Source: Bacillota bacterium
Lineage (GTDB): Bacteria; Bacillota; Clostridia; Saccharofermentanales; DTU023
NCBI GenBank assembly: GCA_029570375.1
Contig: JAKPXB010000038.1
Location: 5,899 to 69,898, forward strand
Reading direction: 5' to 3'
DNA: 64,000 nucleotides
The position numbers and the translations under genes are program-made. Of the stretch, positions 29,002-39,332 are shown piece by piece (within the stretch, counting starts at the first letter, position 1; each line of letters begins with the position of its first letter). Below the pieces are notes generated by a model. The model did not search any database. It had not been told where the DNA came from and worked only from the letters and a program-made list of their open reading frames with translations.

Positions 29002-29673
29002 TCATTCGATCGTCCAGACAATCCGGACGGTATCTTCCAGCGTGATGTCTTCGGGGTTGATGGCCAGACTCATTTTCTCCGAGTACGTGTCTTCCATCGC
29101 ACGCATTGATTTCATCGGCTCGACGCTGAAGGGCAAATCATCCCACGAGTAGTCGATCAGCGTGATTTCACCCAGTCTGACTCCCGCGGCACGCGCGAGC
29201 TGCTCCGCTTTGGCTTTGCAGTCTTTGATCGCTTCGCTTAGCAGTTCATTCTTTGCCGCCTCCGGATTCTTCAGCGTATAGATGACTCTGAACTCGGCGT
29301 TCGTGCCTGAAGACGCCAGCGCGAGGAGCGCCCGGCTGATCAGCGTGTTATCCGCCTCGAACTCGATCACCAGCTGGTGATTGAACTCGTATCCGATGAA
29401 AATATTGCGGTATTCGCCGCGCTCATCGTGAACGCCGTCATACTTGCTGTCGACAGAAAACCAGGTTGTTTTGAGGTCGGCCTTTCTGAAACCCTGTTCT
29501 GCGAACGCGGCCATGAGGAGATCTGTCGTCGTTGTCGACAGCTCTGTGGCTTCCTCGTAACTCGCTTTTACACCTGTGAGGGTTATCGGCAGCCTGATCA
29601 GATCGGGTACCGCCGAGATCCTGCCCTTCCCCGATACCCGTATGAGCCTTTTCTCCTGCGATTGATAATCCAT
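29002..29673 (-). CDS. SIMPL (DUF541) domain protein
   Basis: SIMPL-like sequence (LIRVSGKGRISAVPDLIRLPITLTG...). Composition returns to host-like GC. Confidence 0.8.
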   Translation of the reverse strand: MDYQSQEKRLIRVSGKGRISAVPDLIRLPITLTGVKASYEEATELSTTTTDLLMAAFAEQGFRKADLKTTWFSVDSKYDGVHDERGEYRNIFIGYEFNHQLVIEFEADNTLISRALLALASSGTNAEFRVIYTLKNPEAAKNELLSEAIKDCKAKAEQLARAAGVRLGEITLIDYSWDDLPFSVEPMKSMRAMEDTYSEKMSLAINPEDITLEDTVRIVWTIE

Positions 29674-29965
29674 CGTCTTTGTCCTTTCACAAATCATTTG
29701 ACAATCGTTCTGCTGATGTCAGACGCCCCTTTGTTTCCGACGCCGGCGCTTCTTTTTCGCGCTGTGTTTCTGCAGCCCTGTCCGTGCGGCTGTTTCTTTC
29801 TATAAAGAAACAGATGCAGGATTCCGGGATTACGCGGATGCCGCGTAATCCCGGCGCCCGTTCTCCATTTCAGCATACTATAAGAAAAGGGAAACAGGAC
29901 AAAAGGCGCGTTATTTGTTATTCTATTTGATGAACTGAATAGCGCTGAATCGAGGAAATCACTCT

Positions 29966-30703
29966 ATGAAAAAAATTTGTGAAACGATGGCGTCTTCGCG
30001 GCTTTTTGCCGGACTTGATCACGAAATCTATCACGATTACTGCAAAACGACCGATATTCATACTTACTGGAAGGGCCAGCTCCTTATCATGGAAGGCGAT
30101 CTCTGCAAAGGGATCGGCATTGTGATTGAGGGGCAGATCGCGCGTCAGAAGTATACGCCGTCCGGCGAGTTTACGACACTTGACCTGTTGAGCACAGGTT
30201 CTGTTTTCGGCGAAGATCTTATCTTCTCTACCCACAAAGTGTATTCTTATTCACTCGAAGCGCTGACGCATGTCAAAACAGTGATCGTTTCCCGCGAAGA
30301 TATTCTGTCGCTTATTTCGAAAAATCCGCGCCTTTTACTCAATTATCTGGCGCTTCTTTCCGATCGCAGCCTTGAGCAGGATCAGAGAATCCATCTTCTC
30401 TCACAGAAAACGCTTCGTCTGAAAATTTCCGGTTATTTGCTGTCACTTCTGGAAGAGCAGTTCAAGCACGAAGGGAAGACTCTTCGTGAAATCGGCAATT
30501 ACCCGTCGACCGCTTCTGTCGAGTTGCCTGTTTCAAAGGAAGTTGTCGCTCATCTTCTGGCCATGCCGCGTCCATCCTTTTCCCGCGAATTGATCAGTAT
30601 GGAAAAAGACGGGCTCATACGCGTCAACGGGCGCATCGTCTGGCTCAAAGATATCCAAAAACTGGCATGCGGTCTCTATGAGGATTGCGAAACGGAGGAG
30701 TGA
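29966..30703 (+). CDS. Crp/Fnr family transcriptional regulator
   Basis: cNMP-binding-like beta-roll N-domain and a C-terminal HTH (SKEVVAHLLAMPRPSFSRELISMEKDGLI). Confidence 0.88.
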   Translation: MKKICETMASSRLFAGLDHEIYHDYCKTTDIHTYWKGQLLIMEGDLCKGIGIVIEGQIARQKYTPSGEFTTLDLLSTGSVFGEDLIFSTHKVYSYSLEALTHVKTVIVSREDILSLISKNPRLLLNYLALLSDRSLEQDQRIHLLSQKTLRLKISGYLLSLLEEQFKHEGKTLREIGNYPSTASVELPVSKEVVAHLLAMPRPSFSRELISMEKDGLIRVNGRIVWLKDIQKLACGLYEDCETEE

Positions 30704-30855
30704 TTTCACCCGTCGCCACGTTTGAATACTTGAATGAGCGCGGAGGAGTTCTGCTCAGGTGTGGTATCTGTCTATCTGCTTGTGAAATCCTCGCGGCCAA
30801 AACTGACTGGTAAAGTGCAGGCGCCCTGAGAGGCTGACCTGATAAGGAGGCATTT

Positions 30856-32535
30856 ATGAGTTATAAACCGGATATTGAGATTGCCCAGGAGGCTGTCTTG
30901 CGTCCGATTGATGAGATCGCTGAAGAAGCGGGTCTCAATCCGAATTATCTCGAGCATTACGGAAAATACAAGGCGAAAGTTTCGCTTGAAGCCCTCAGAG
31001 GGGAAGCCCCCGGGAAGGGCCGGCTTGTCCTGGTGACCGCGATTACACCGACGCCTGCCGGTGAAGGCAAGACGACAACCTCAATCGGGCTGGCGGATGC
31101 TCTGAAGCGGCTGGGCAAGCGCAGTACGCTGGCTCTGCGCGAACCTTCCATGGGACCTGTCTTCGGTATCAAAGGAGGCGCGGCCGGGGGCGGCTATGCG
31201 CAGGTTGTCCCCATGGAAGATCTCAATCTTCACTTTACCGGCGATTTTCACGCGGTAGGCGCCGCGAACAATCTGCTGGCCGCTATGATCGACAATCATA
31301 TCATCAAGGGCAATCAACTGGGCATCGACCCGCGCCAGATCACATGGAAACGCGCCGTTGATATGAATGACCGCCAGCTCCGCTTCATTGTCGACGGACT
31401 CGGCGGGCGTGCGAACGGGACGCCTCGTGAGGATGGATTTGATATAACGGTCGCGTCCGAGGTCATGGCTGTCTTCTGCCTTTCAACATCAATCACAGAC
31501 ATGAAAGAGCGTCTGGGGCGCATCGTCGTAGGCTATACATATAGCGGCCGTCCGGTCACATGCCGCGACATCAAGGCGCAGGGCGCCATGGCTGCCCTTC
31601 TGAAGGATGCGCTGAAGCCCAATCTCGTGCAGACGCTCGAAGGAACGCCGGCCTACGTGCACGGCGGACCTTTCGCCAATATTGCTCACGGCTGCAATAG
31701 CGTCCTCGCGACGAGAATGGGACTTCACTACGCCGATTATCTCGTGACTGAGGCAGGATTCGGCGCCGATCTGGGCGCGGAGAAATTCATCGATATCAAA
31801 TGCCGCGCGGCGGGGCTCGCTCCGGATGCCGTGGTTCTTGTAGCGACCGTGCGCGCTTTGAAAATGCATGGCGGCGCGGCGAAAAATGAACTCAAAAACG
31901 AGAACCTTGAAGCGCTGAAAGCCGGAATCCCGAACTTAACACGGCATGTCAGGAATGTGATTGATGTATTCAGACGTCCCGTTGTTGTGGCGATCAACCG
32001 TTTCCCCGACGATTCGGAAGCGGAACTCGCACTGGTTCGCGAAGAGTGCGGGAAGGCCGGTGTCAACGCCGTACTTTCAGACGTTTGGAGCAGAGGAGGC
32101 GCGGGAGGCCTTGAGCTCGCTGAAGAAGTAGTCCGCCTCTGTGAGCTTCCGGACAAGGGCCCCCTTGGCTTTGCCTACGATATGGAGACAACGGTCGAGC
32201 AGAAGATTGGATCAATCGCCAAACGGATATACCATGCCGACGGTGTGGATTTCACCGGTTCAGCGGTAAAACAGCTGAAACAGATAAAGGAGCATGGTTT
32301 CGGCGGACTGCCTGTCTGTATCGCCAAAACACAGTACTCATTCACAGATGACGCGTCAAAAACCGGTGCGCCTGAGAATTTCAGGATATCGGTTCGCAGT
32401 CTGAAAGTATCGGCCGGCGCGGGCTTTATCGTCGCTTTGACAGGGGAGGTGATGACGATGCCCGGGTTACCCGCGGTGCCGTCCGCCGAGAAGATCGATG
32501 TGGATGAGAACGGGCGTATTTCAGGCTTGTTCTGA
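30856..32535 (+). CDS. fhs: formate--tetrahydrofolate ligase
   Basis: 559 aa with the [11 protein letters not shown]-loop and full-length FTHFS similarity. Confidence 0.96.
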   Translation: MSYKPDIEIAQEAVLRPIDEIAEEAGLNPNYLEHYGKYKAKVSLEALRGEAPGKGRLVLVTAITPTPAGEGKTTTSIGLADALKRLGKRSTLALREPSMGPVFGIKGGAAGGGYAQVVPMEDLNLHFTGDFHAVGAANNLLAAMIDNHIIKGNQLGIDPRQITWKRAVDMNDRQLRFIVDGLGGRANGTPREDGFDITVASEVMAVFCLSTSITDMKERLGRIVVGYTYSGRPVTCRDIKAQGAMAALLKDALKPNLVQTLEGTPAYVHGGPFANIAHGCNSVLATRMGLHYADYLVTEAGFGADLGAEKFIDIKCRAAGLAPDAVVLVATVRALKMHGGAAKNELKNENLEALKAGIPNLTRHVRNVIDVFRRPVVVAINRFPDDSEAELALVREECGKAGVNAVLSDVWSRGGAGGLELAEEVVRLCELPDKGPLGFAYDMETTVEQKIGSIAKRIYHADGVDFTGSAVKQLKQIKEHGFGGLPVCIAKTQYSFTDDASKTGAPENFRISVRSLKVSAGAGFIVALTGEVMTMPGLPAVPSAEKIDVDENGRISGLF

Positions 32536-32579
32536 TTCAAAATAGTATGGAGCAGCCATGGATCTATCCTGGAATAAAC

Positions 32580-32607
32580 GTGACAGCAGCGCGCGATGTG
32601 GTAAAAT
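32580..32607 (+). promoter_or_regulatory. candidate extended -10 promoter for the PucR-like regulator gene
   Basis: GTGACA, 16-nt spacer ending in TGg, then TAAAAT. Confidence 0.45.
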
Positions 32608-32689
32608 GCGAGAGAAGTAGCTGAGGCTAACGATTGAAAAACAGCGGCGGCGACGCCCCAACCACTTGAGAGAAGAAGAGGGCTCAAAC

Positions 32690-33847
32690 ATGAATGATCT
32701 CCAAATGCAGTTTAAGGAATTAACACTTTCTCCTGACCGCGCCGTCGGCGTCGCGGATGAGAAGGGCATGATTGTTGTCTCCAGCGATGAGAAACTCGTT
32801 GGCAGTCAGGATTCCGCCATCCGCGCGTTTCTCGCTTCAGGCGATATTCAATCATTTGCGGGAGAGCGCACCTACAGGATTGTCGACCGCGCCAACGGGA
32901 CGCGTCTGATTTGTTTTGTGGACGGGACGGATGAGTTTGCCGCCGGATATGTCGAGCTCCTGTCACGCTGGCTCATGGCTGAGCTGAGGCAGCACGATGA
33001 TTTTGAGGAGCGCGGACAGCGCCAGAAGCTGTCTTTCCTTAAGAATGTCCTGCTGGAGAACGAACTCCCAGGGGATATACCGCTGAAAGCACGTGAATAC
33101 CGTGTGAAATACAATGTCCGAAGGCTTCTGGTGATCATGCGCACAAAGCCTGAAGTTTTCAAGGCTTGTTGTGAGGCGCTTGAGGCGCGGTTTGGCGATC
33201 GCGAAGACGATTATATTCTGCCTATGGATGAGGAGAATATTGTCCTTCTGTTCGAGTCGCCGGACGAAGAGGGCTGCGAGGTGAGAGAGGCGCGCTTCCG
33301 GAAGCTTGTTGCCGATATCAAAAAAGACGCCATGGCGGATGTCAAACTCGGCGTCAGCATGAACTTCACCTCATTGAAAGACACCGCCAAAGCGTACAAA
33401 GAAGCTTCGCTGGCGCTGGTCGTCGGGGATATTTTCAAGAGCGGGACCCCCGATGTGATGATGTACTGCAACCTTGGATTAGGGCGTTTGATCTATCAGC
33501 TCCCAATCACGCTCTGCGAGCTGTTCCTGCGTGAAGTGTTCGCGCCGGGGACATACGAAGCACTTGACTCCGAGACGCTGTTGACGATCGATAAATTCTT
33601 CGAGAACAGCCTGAATGGCAGCGAAACATCGCGCCAGCTTTTCGTTCACAGAAACACGCTCGTGTACCGGCTCGACAAAGTCGAGAAAATCACTGGGCTG
33701 GATCTCCGCAATTTCGAAGACGCTGTTTTGTTCAAGCTGGCGGAAATGGTCAGAGACTATCTCACGTACGTCGAAGACAACAAGGTGACGCGTTACGCCC
33801 GCATGAATCTGGAGTTAGGCGCCGAAGACTACCTGCCCATGGTCTAG
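32690..33847 (+). CDS. PucR/CdaR-family transcriptional regulator
   Basis: C-terminal PucR-type HTH (SETSRQLFVHRNTLVYRLDKVEKITGLDLRNFEDAVLFKLA). Confidence 0.82.
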   Translation: MNDLQMQFKELTLSPDRAVGVADEKGMIVVSSDEKLVGSQDSAIRAFLASGDIQSFAGERTYRIVDRANGTRLICFVDGTDEFAAGYVELLSRWLMAELRQHDDFEERGQRQKLSFLKNVLLENELPGDIPLKAREYRVKYNVRRLLVIMRTKPEVFKACCEALEARFGDREDDYILPMDEENIVLLFESPDEEGCEVREARFRKLVADIKKDAMADVKLGVSMNFTSLKDTAKAYKEASLALVVGDIFKSGTPDVMMYCNLGLGRLIYQLPITLCELFLREVFAPGTYEALDSETLLTIDKFFENSLNGSETSRQLFVHRNTLVYRLDKVEKITGLDLRNFEDAVLFKLAEMVRDYLTYVEDNKVTRYARMNLELGAEDYLPMV

Positions 33848-33901
33848 GCAGGGAGGTCTTGCTCTTCATTCGGAAACTGGCGGCGGCAAAAAGGAGCATA
33901 G

Positions 33902-35134
33902 ATGGCATTTATTGACTTCAGAGATGTTTCAAAAGTCTATTCGACTGGAACAAAAGCGTTATCCCATGTATCTTTTTCTGTCGATGAAGGCGAGTTCGTT
34001 TTCTTTATCGGTGAGAGCGGCGCGGGCAAGTCAACTATTTTTAAATTACTCACATGCGAAGAGCGCCCTTCATCCGGGGAAGTTATGCTCGATAACTTCG
34101 ATGTCGGACAGATTAAGAACCGCCATATCCCTTTTCTGCGAAGAAAAATAGGCTTGGTGTTTCAGGAGTTCCGGCTGATCGATACACTCACAGTCGGGGA
34201 GAATGTGGCGTTCGCCATGGAAATCATCGGCGAACCGAAAAAGAAAATCCGCCAGCGTGTTCCGCTGGTGCTCGCGGTTGTCGGCTTGCGGCATAAGATC
34301 AACGATTTCCCCTCGGAGCTTTCCGGCGGGGAGCAGCAGCGCGTCTGTATCGCACGCGCGCTTGTCAATCGCCCGCATCTGATTATCGCGGATGAGCCGA
34401 CCGGAGATCTCGATCCCGCCAACGGGGAGTCCATCATGGCGCTGCTCGACCGCATCAATCGGAACAACGGTACGACGATCATTACATGCTCGCATGACAG
34501 CAGGCTGATCAACAAGATGAATAAGCGCGTCATTGAAGTCCATAACGGCGTGCTGGTGCGCGATGATGCCTGCGGCCAGTATTTCAGCGACAATGAGCGG
34601 TGCAGCCTCATTTCGCGGAACCGAGGTATGCTGGAAGAGCAGCAGGCAGCGATTTCATCCGAAATTCTGGAAGAAGGCGATCGCGCCCTGGAGCAGCTGA
34701 GACAGGAAGACCAGAAAGAACGTGAGCAACGATTGTCCAGGCGCGGCGCGGAAGATATCTTAAGTGTGGATAACCTGCGGGGAGAAGAGTTTTTTGAGGA
34801 ACTCCGCAAAAATCAAACCGAAAGACGAAACCGCCCCGGAACGAGAGAACGCAGAGAACAGCTGAGGAAACGCCTGGAGGACGCGGGGCTGCAGCCGGGG
34901 AACGGCGCCGTTTTAACGGCAGACACGGCGAAGGTTCCGGCTGTGCCGTCTGTGGCCGAGGCAGAAGCCGACAAGCCCGCGGGCGGAGAAGAAAATCTTC
35001 CGGTTGATGAAGCGGTTCATCCGCTTTTGCAGGAACCTCCGTCGGCGATAGGAAAAACATCCCCGTACAACGCAAATGTCATCCGGAAGCGGATTGGGAG
35101 AGGTGAATTAAGCGCAAAGGAGGATCAGGGATGA
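33902..35134 (+). CDS. ftsE: cell division ATP-binding protein FtsE with a long C-terminal extension
   Basis: Walker A GESGAGKST, signature LSGGEQQR, Walker B IIADEPTGDLD. The stop overlaps the ftsX start. 410 aa, against about 225-230 aa for typical FtsE. Confidence 0.88.
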   Translation: MAFIDFRDVSKVYSTGTKALSHVSFSVDEGEFVFFIGESGAGKSTIFKLLTCEERPSSGEVMLDNFDVGQIKNRHIPFLRRKIGLVFQEFRLIDTLTVGENVAFAMEIIGEPKKKIRQRVPLVLAVVGLRHKINDFPSELSGGEQQRVCIARALVNRPHLIIADEPTGDLDPANGESIMALLDRINRNNGTTIITCSHDSRLINKMNKRVIEVHNGVLVRDDACGQYFSDNERCSLISRNRGMLEEQQAAISSEILEEGDRALEQLRQEDQKEREQRLSRRGAEDILSVDNLRGEEFFEELRKNQTERRNRPGTRERREQLRKRLEDAGLQPGNGAVLTADTAKVPAVPSVAEAEADKPAGGEENLPVDEAVHPLLQEPPSAIGKTSPYNANVIRKRIGRGELSAKEDQG

Positions 35135-36033
35135 GACACAATGAGTGGCGATACTCGATAAAAACGGGACTTCAAGGCCTGGGGCGTCACCCCTTACTGT
35201 CCATCGCGGCGATTACGACACTGGCGCTGATGCTGTTCCTGATGAGCGCGTTTGTCGCGTTTTCTCTCAATGCCAATCACTTGTCAGAAGTAGCTTCACA
35301 GCAGCCGCCCATTGAGATTTCGATGCGGATCGGCGCGGAAAAGACTGAGCTCGACAGTGTCGAAGATTATCTGAAGAACAGCGAACTGGTGCAGATGTAC
35401 GAAGCCAGAACACCTCTGGAGAACTATGACCAGTTTAAACAAGAGATGCAGAAAGACGAACTCTGGAAAGATTTCGATTATAAGACATATATTCCGCATA
35501 CCTTTAATGTCCGGCTGGCTGATCCCGCCGCGGGAGACGCTTTCAGACAGGCAATTGCCGACTTTCCCGGTGTCCACGAGGTGATGATGGAGTCTGAGCT
35601 TATGAGCTTTCTCGACGGGGTCAAGCGGTGGACAGCGCGTGTCGGCATTATCGTTTTCATCGTGCTGGCACTGATCTCAACGCTCGTCATGGCCAATACA
35701 GTTCGCATTGCGGCCCTATCCCGTTCCCGCGAGATTAATATCATGAAATACGTCGGGGCCACGAATACCTATATCCGCATTCCTTTCGTCGTGGAAGGCG
35801 CTGTCATCGGACTCGTCGGCGCCCTCCTCGCAAGCTTTACCGCCGCACTTATTTATAGCGAGGTTGTCAAACGATGGAGCCCGGGCCTCACGACGGCGGT
35901 GAGCACTTCCCGGTATGCTTTCCTGCCCGGAGGCCAGGTGACATTCATCGTCTTCGTCATCAATCTGCTGATCGGGTTGACGCTTTGTACGTTGATCAGC
36001 GCCATATCCGTTCGTAAGTACGCAAAAGTATAG
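35131..36033 (+). CDS. ftsX: permease-like cell division protein FtsX
   Basis: FtsX topology: TM1, a large extracytoplasmic loop, then three C-terminal TM helices. Translationally coupled to ftsE. Confidence 0.9.
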   Translation: MRHNEWRYSIKTGLQGLGRHPLLSIAAITTLALMLFLMSAFVAFSLNANHLSEVASQQPPIEISMRIGAEKTELDSVEDYLKNSELVQMYEARTPLENYDQFKQEMQKDELWKDFDYKTYIPHTFNVRLADPAAGDAFRQAIADFPGVHEVMMESELMSFLDGVKRWTARVGIIVFIVLALISTLVMANTVRIAALSRSREINIMKYVGATNTYIRIPFVVEGAVIGLVGALLASFTAALIYSEVVKRWSPGLTTAVSTSRYAFLPGGQVTFIVFVINLLIGLTLCTLISAISVRKYAKV

Positions 36034-36117
36034 CAGGAGGATCAATCTCCGCCTCCGGGGCATACAGCGCGGACTGGCGGCGCGTTCAGCTTTCTCTGTC
36101 ATCACTTTGTCATATCC

Positions 36118-36145
36118 GTGATAGTGGCAGTGTTTTAGCTATAAT
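36118..36145 (+). promoter_or_regulatory. candidate promoter for the M23 peptidase gene
   Basis: GTGATA, 16-nt spacer, TATAAT. Confidence 0.4.
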
Positions 36146-36195
36146 GTTAAAATAATAGAAATTCCGTGTGTGGTTATTGGAGCGGAGGCAGACTC

Positions 36196-37479
36196 ATGAT
36201 TAAGAATGAAGGTTCAAAAAGGTGGATGACGCGGCTGTTAGCGCTGCTCCTCGTTATCCTGGCCTTGTCAGCCGCATATGCTCCCCGGACAGGCCGTGTC
36301 GAAGCCGCTTCCTCCAGGATGACAGAAGCGCAGTCCAAACTCAAGGGAATTCAGGAGCAATTGGCGTCGATACAGGCGGATCGCGAAAAACTGGCCAGTC
36401 GGAAAAATAAACTGACCGGCAATCTCGCCTATCTGGAGAGCCGCTCCGAAGAGCAGCGGAAGCTTTGCGACGAAGCCCTTGAGCAGAAAGAATACGCGCT
36501 TCAGGCGATGGAGATGTACCAGCAGGGCTACGCCAGCGCGCTTGAGAATCTCGATCAAAAACGGGCGCAGTACGAAGAGCGTATCTCCCGGATGTATGAA
36601 TGGAACCAGAAATCCGTCTTCCAGATGCTGTTTACGGCGGAAGACCTGGAGAGTTTTTTCTCAACCCTTCGTTTTATGAAGGTCGTCGCGGATGCGGATG
36701 AACAGGCGCTTGCTGAACTGGAAGCGGCCTCTGCGCTCGCGGAGGAACTGAAGAATGAATCAGAAGCCTCTTACGAAGAGATGACGCGGCTTGTCCAGGA
36801 AGCGGATGCCGTTCTGGCGACGATTGAAAAAGAACAGAAACTGGCGGCGAAAGAGCTGAAAAAACTGTCCGGTTCTCTCGACCTGAACGCACAGAAACAG
36901 GCGCAGCTCGAGAGAGATAAAACGAGTGCCGAGCGCAATATCGCCGCGATCAGAATTGAAGAAGCCGCAGCAGCTGAGCGCGCGAAGAAAGAGGCTGAAG
37001 AAGCGGCAAAGAAAAAGGCCGCCTCCGTCAACAAACCCGTAGTTCCCGCTCCCTCGAGCCCGCTGTATGTGGGTACAGATCGTTTCATCTGGCCGACACC
37101 GGGATCCTACTGGGTAACATCACACTTTGGGTGGCGCGCCAAATACGGGCGTTTCCACTACGGAACAGACATCGGATGCGCGACAGGAACGCGCATCGTC
37201 GCCATGGCTGACGGGCGCGTAACCTATGTCGGGTGGCCGGGGAGCGCCTATCACTGGGCATACGGAAAGATGATAGTCGTCGATCACGGCAATGGAGCCC
37301 AAACGCGTTACGGACACCTGAGCGCGTTTAACTGTTATCCCGGGCAGCAGGTGAAAGCCGGTCAGGTCATCGGCTATACGGGGAACACAGGGCGGTCGTC
37401 TGGTCCTCATCTGCATTTTGAAATTCGTTTTAACGGAACACCCTACAACCCGATGAATTATTTCAGGAAGACGAGATAA
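36196..37479 (+). CDS. M23 family metallopeptidase with N-terminal coiled coil (EnvC-like)
   Basis: Signal anchor and a ~250-aa coiled-coil region. C-terminal M23 motifs HYGTDI and GNTGRSSGPHLHFEI. Confidence 0.9.
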   Translation: MIKNEGSKRWMTRLLALLLVILALSAAYAPRTGRVEAASSRMTEAQSKLKGIQEQLASIQADREKLASRKNKLTGNLAYLESRSEEQRKLCDEALEQKEYALQAMEMYQQGYASALENLDQKRAQYEERISRMYEWNQKSVFQMLFTAEDLESFFSTLRFMKVVADADEQALAELEAASALAEELKNESEASYEEMTRLVQEADAVLATIEKEQKLAAKELKKLSGSLDLNAQKQAQLERDKTSAERNIAAIRIEEAAAAERAKKEAEEAAKKKAASVNKPVVPAPSSPLYVGTDRFIWPTPGSYWVTSHFGWRAKYGRFHYGTDIGCATGTRIVAMADGRVTYVGWPGSAYHWAYGKMIVVDHGNGAQTRYGHLSAFNCYPGQQVKAGQVIGYTGNTGRSSGPHLHFEIRFNGTPYNPMNYFRKTR

Positions 37480-37772
37480 ACAAGGCGGTCGGCCGCCGGA
37501 GGGATGATCCGGTCCATTCCCGGATCACCGCTTATTCAAAGTCTCTACCGTCTATTCCGTATATTCTATTCACTGCTCTCTTTATCAACGGGGTGAAGAT
37601 GGATGGTAGCCGCGCCCTCGTATCGGCGCGCTGTCAGCCGCGCGTCTTCCGGCAGGCGGATGAGATAAACAACGCTTGATGGCAGTGGTATGATATCTAA
37701 AGCGGAAAACCGCCCGTGAGACAACTGAATTGAAGCGAAGGCTTTCATCATAAAACAGAACAGGTATCCATT

Positions 37773-39332
37773 ATGAGCACAAATAATCAGAACTTCGTAA
37801 ATCCGGAAGAACAGCCCGCCGGTGTCGGACCCGATAACAGCGGACAGCCGCAAGGAAGTCCGTTCCCGGATCAGGCGCCACCGAATGACGGCCGTCTGCC
37901 GGGCGGAGGCCACTATATACACCAGGATATGTACAGCCAGCCGCCGAATGTGGTGAATAACGGAAATATGCAGGGCGGGAGGAAAAAGAACCCTTCGTGC
38001 AAATGGCCTGTCTTCTTTGCCGTGCTGCTGACCGCGTCGCTGACTTTTCTCCTTACAGCGGGTATCGGTTATGTGCTGTTCGGTAAAACTATCCTGAATC
38101 GTGCTGCTTCGCAGGGAACAGCCGGCCCCGGTCAGATTGAAGGATCAGCGCCTTCAGATAACGGCAGCGAACCGTCGGGTACGATCGGCGTCCATTCTTC
38201 GAAAGAGGGGCTGTCGCTCACATTCCCGGATCAAAAGGGAGTGAGAGAAGCGCTGGAGAAATTTACATCTGTCTACAACATTCTCCAGGAGAACTACTAT
38301 CGGGAATACTCGGATGCCGAGATGATAGAAAAGATGACTGAAGGGCTCACAAAACAGATGGGCAGTCAGTACACATTCTATCTCACCCCCGAGTACCACG
38401 CGTCTGTCGAAGAATCGATGAAGGGCGAATATGTGGGCATCGGGGCGATTGTGATGCGAGATCAGAACGCGCAGTATATCGTGAACGATCTGATCCCCGG
38501 GGGACCCGCGGAGAAAAATGGCCTCCATGTCGGCGATATTATTACAAAAGTGGACGACAAAGATGTTTCCGCTTTTGAGGATGTCGGTCAGCTGGCTGCA
38601 ATGGTCCGCGGAGAAGCGGGCACAGATGTGACAATTGTTGTCTATCGGTCATCAGAAGCCAGAGAGATGACATTCAAACTGACGCGCGCTTCCATAACCA
38701 ATGTATCGGTCCGCTCCAGGATGCTGGACAGCAAGATCGGCTATGTTCAGGTTTCGGAGTTTTCTGAAAATACGGCCAAAAACTTTGAACAGGCCGTCAG
38801 TGCTTTGAAGGAGCAGGGAGCGGAATCCTATATCTTCGATCTGAGGAATAACGGAGGCGGTTACGCGCACGAATGCATCGGCATGCTCGACGTCCTGCTT
38901 CCCCCGATGGAAGTCGCTTCGCTAAAAGGACGCGAGGCAGGCAAACCGTATACAGAAACATGGAAGACGAGCAAACCCGCGCTTGTTCCGGAGGACACCA
39001 AATTTGTCGTCCTGCTCAATGAAAATTCGGCGAGCGCCAGCGAACTCTTTACCGGTGTTCTGCATGATCTCGGACGGGCAGTGATCGTCGGGCAGAAATC
39101 ATTCGGCAAAGGTGTCGGGACGATCACGTATCAACTGGAAGACAAATCCGCCGTTCAGGTGACGAACTTCGAGTATTACCTGCCAAAGGGCGAGTGTATC
39201 GAGGGAAAAGGCCTCGATCCGGATTATCCGGCCGCGCTCTCGAAAGAAGCCGCGGGCAAACCGATCAGCATGCTCACGATTGAGGAAGATACGCAGCTGT
39301 CGAAGGCGATCGAGATTCTCCGGTCGAAATAG
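37773..39332 (+). CDS. S41 family C-terminal processing peptidase with PDZ domain
   Basis: Pro/Gln/Gly-rich N-terminus, TM helix and PDZ domain (GLHVGDIITKVDD). S41 core (NENSASASE, GQKSFGKG). Confidence 0.9.
   Translation: MSTNNQNFVNPEEQPAGVGPDNSGQPQGSPFPDQAPPNDGRLPGGGHYIHQDMYSQPPNVVNNGNMQGGRKKNPSCKWPVFFAVLLTASLTFLLTAGIGYVLFGKTILNRAASQGTAGPGQIEGSAPSDNGSEPSGTIGVHSSKEGLSLTFPDQKGVREALEKFTSVYNILQENYYREYSDAEMIEKMTEGLTKQMGSQYTFYLTPEYHASVEESMKGEYVGIGAIVMRDQNAQYIVNDLIPGGPAEKNGLHVGDIITKVDDKDVSAFEDVGQLAAMVRGEAGTDVTIVVYRSSEAREMTFKLTRASITNVSVRSRMLDSKIGYVQVSEFSENTAKNFEQAVSALKEQGAESYIFDLRNNGGGYAHECIGMLDVLLPPMEVASLKGREAGKPYTETWKTSKPALVPEDTKFVVLLNENSASASELFTGVLHDLGRAVIVGQKSFGKGVGTITYQLEDKSAVQVTNFEYYLPKGECIEGKGLDPDYPAALSKEAAGKPISMLTIEEDTQLSKAIEILRSK

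Noticed and set aside
19675-29010. Shared 7-mer AGTCATT near both island junctions (about 19681 and about 29008) as a target-site duplication
   Set aside because: A 7-nt match in AT-rich sequence is expected by chance, and both copies overlap gene 3' ends. This is not enough evidence for direct repeats.
30704-30855. ZTP (pfl) or THF riboswitch upstream of fhs
   Set aside because: fhs is a frequent ZTP/THF riboswitch target. However, I could not find the GGGTCGTGAC...CCGCCTGGGC-type ZTP elements or the THF aptamer core, only weak partial resemblances (GACTGG, GGCGCCCTGAG). An Infernal scan would be decisive.
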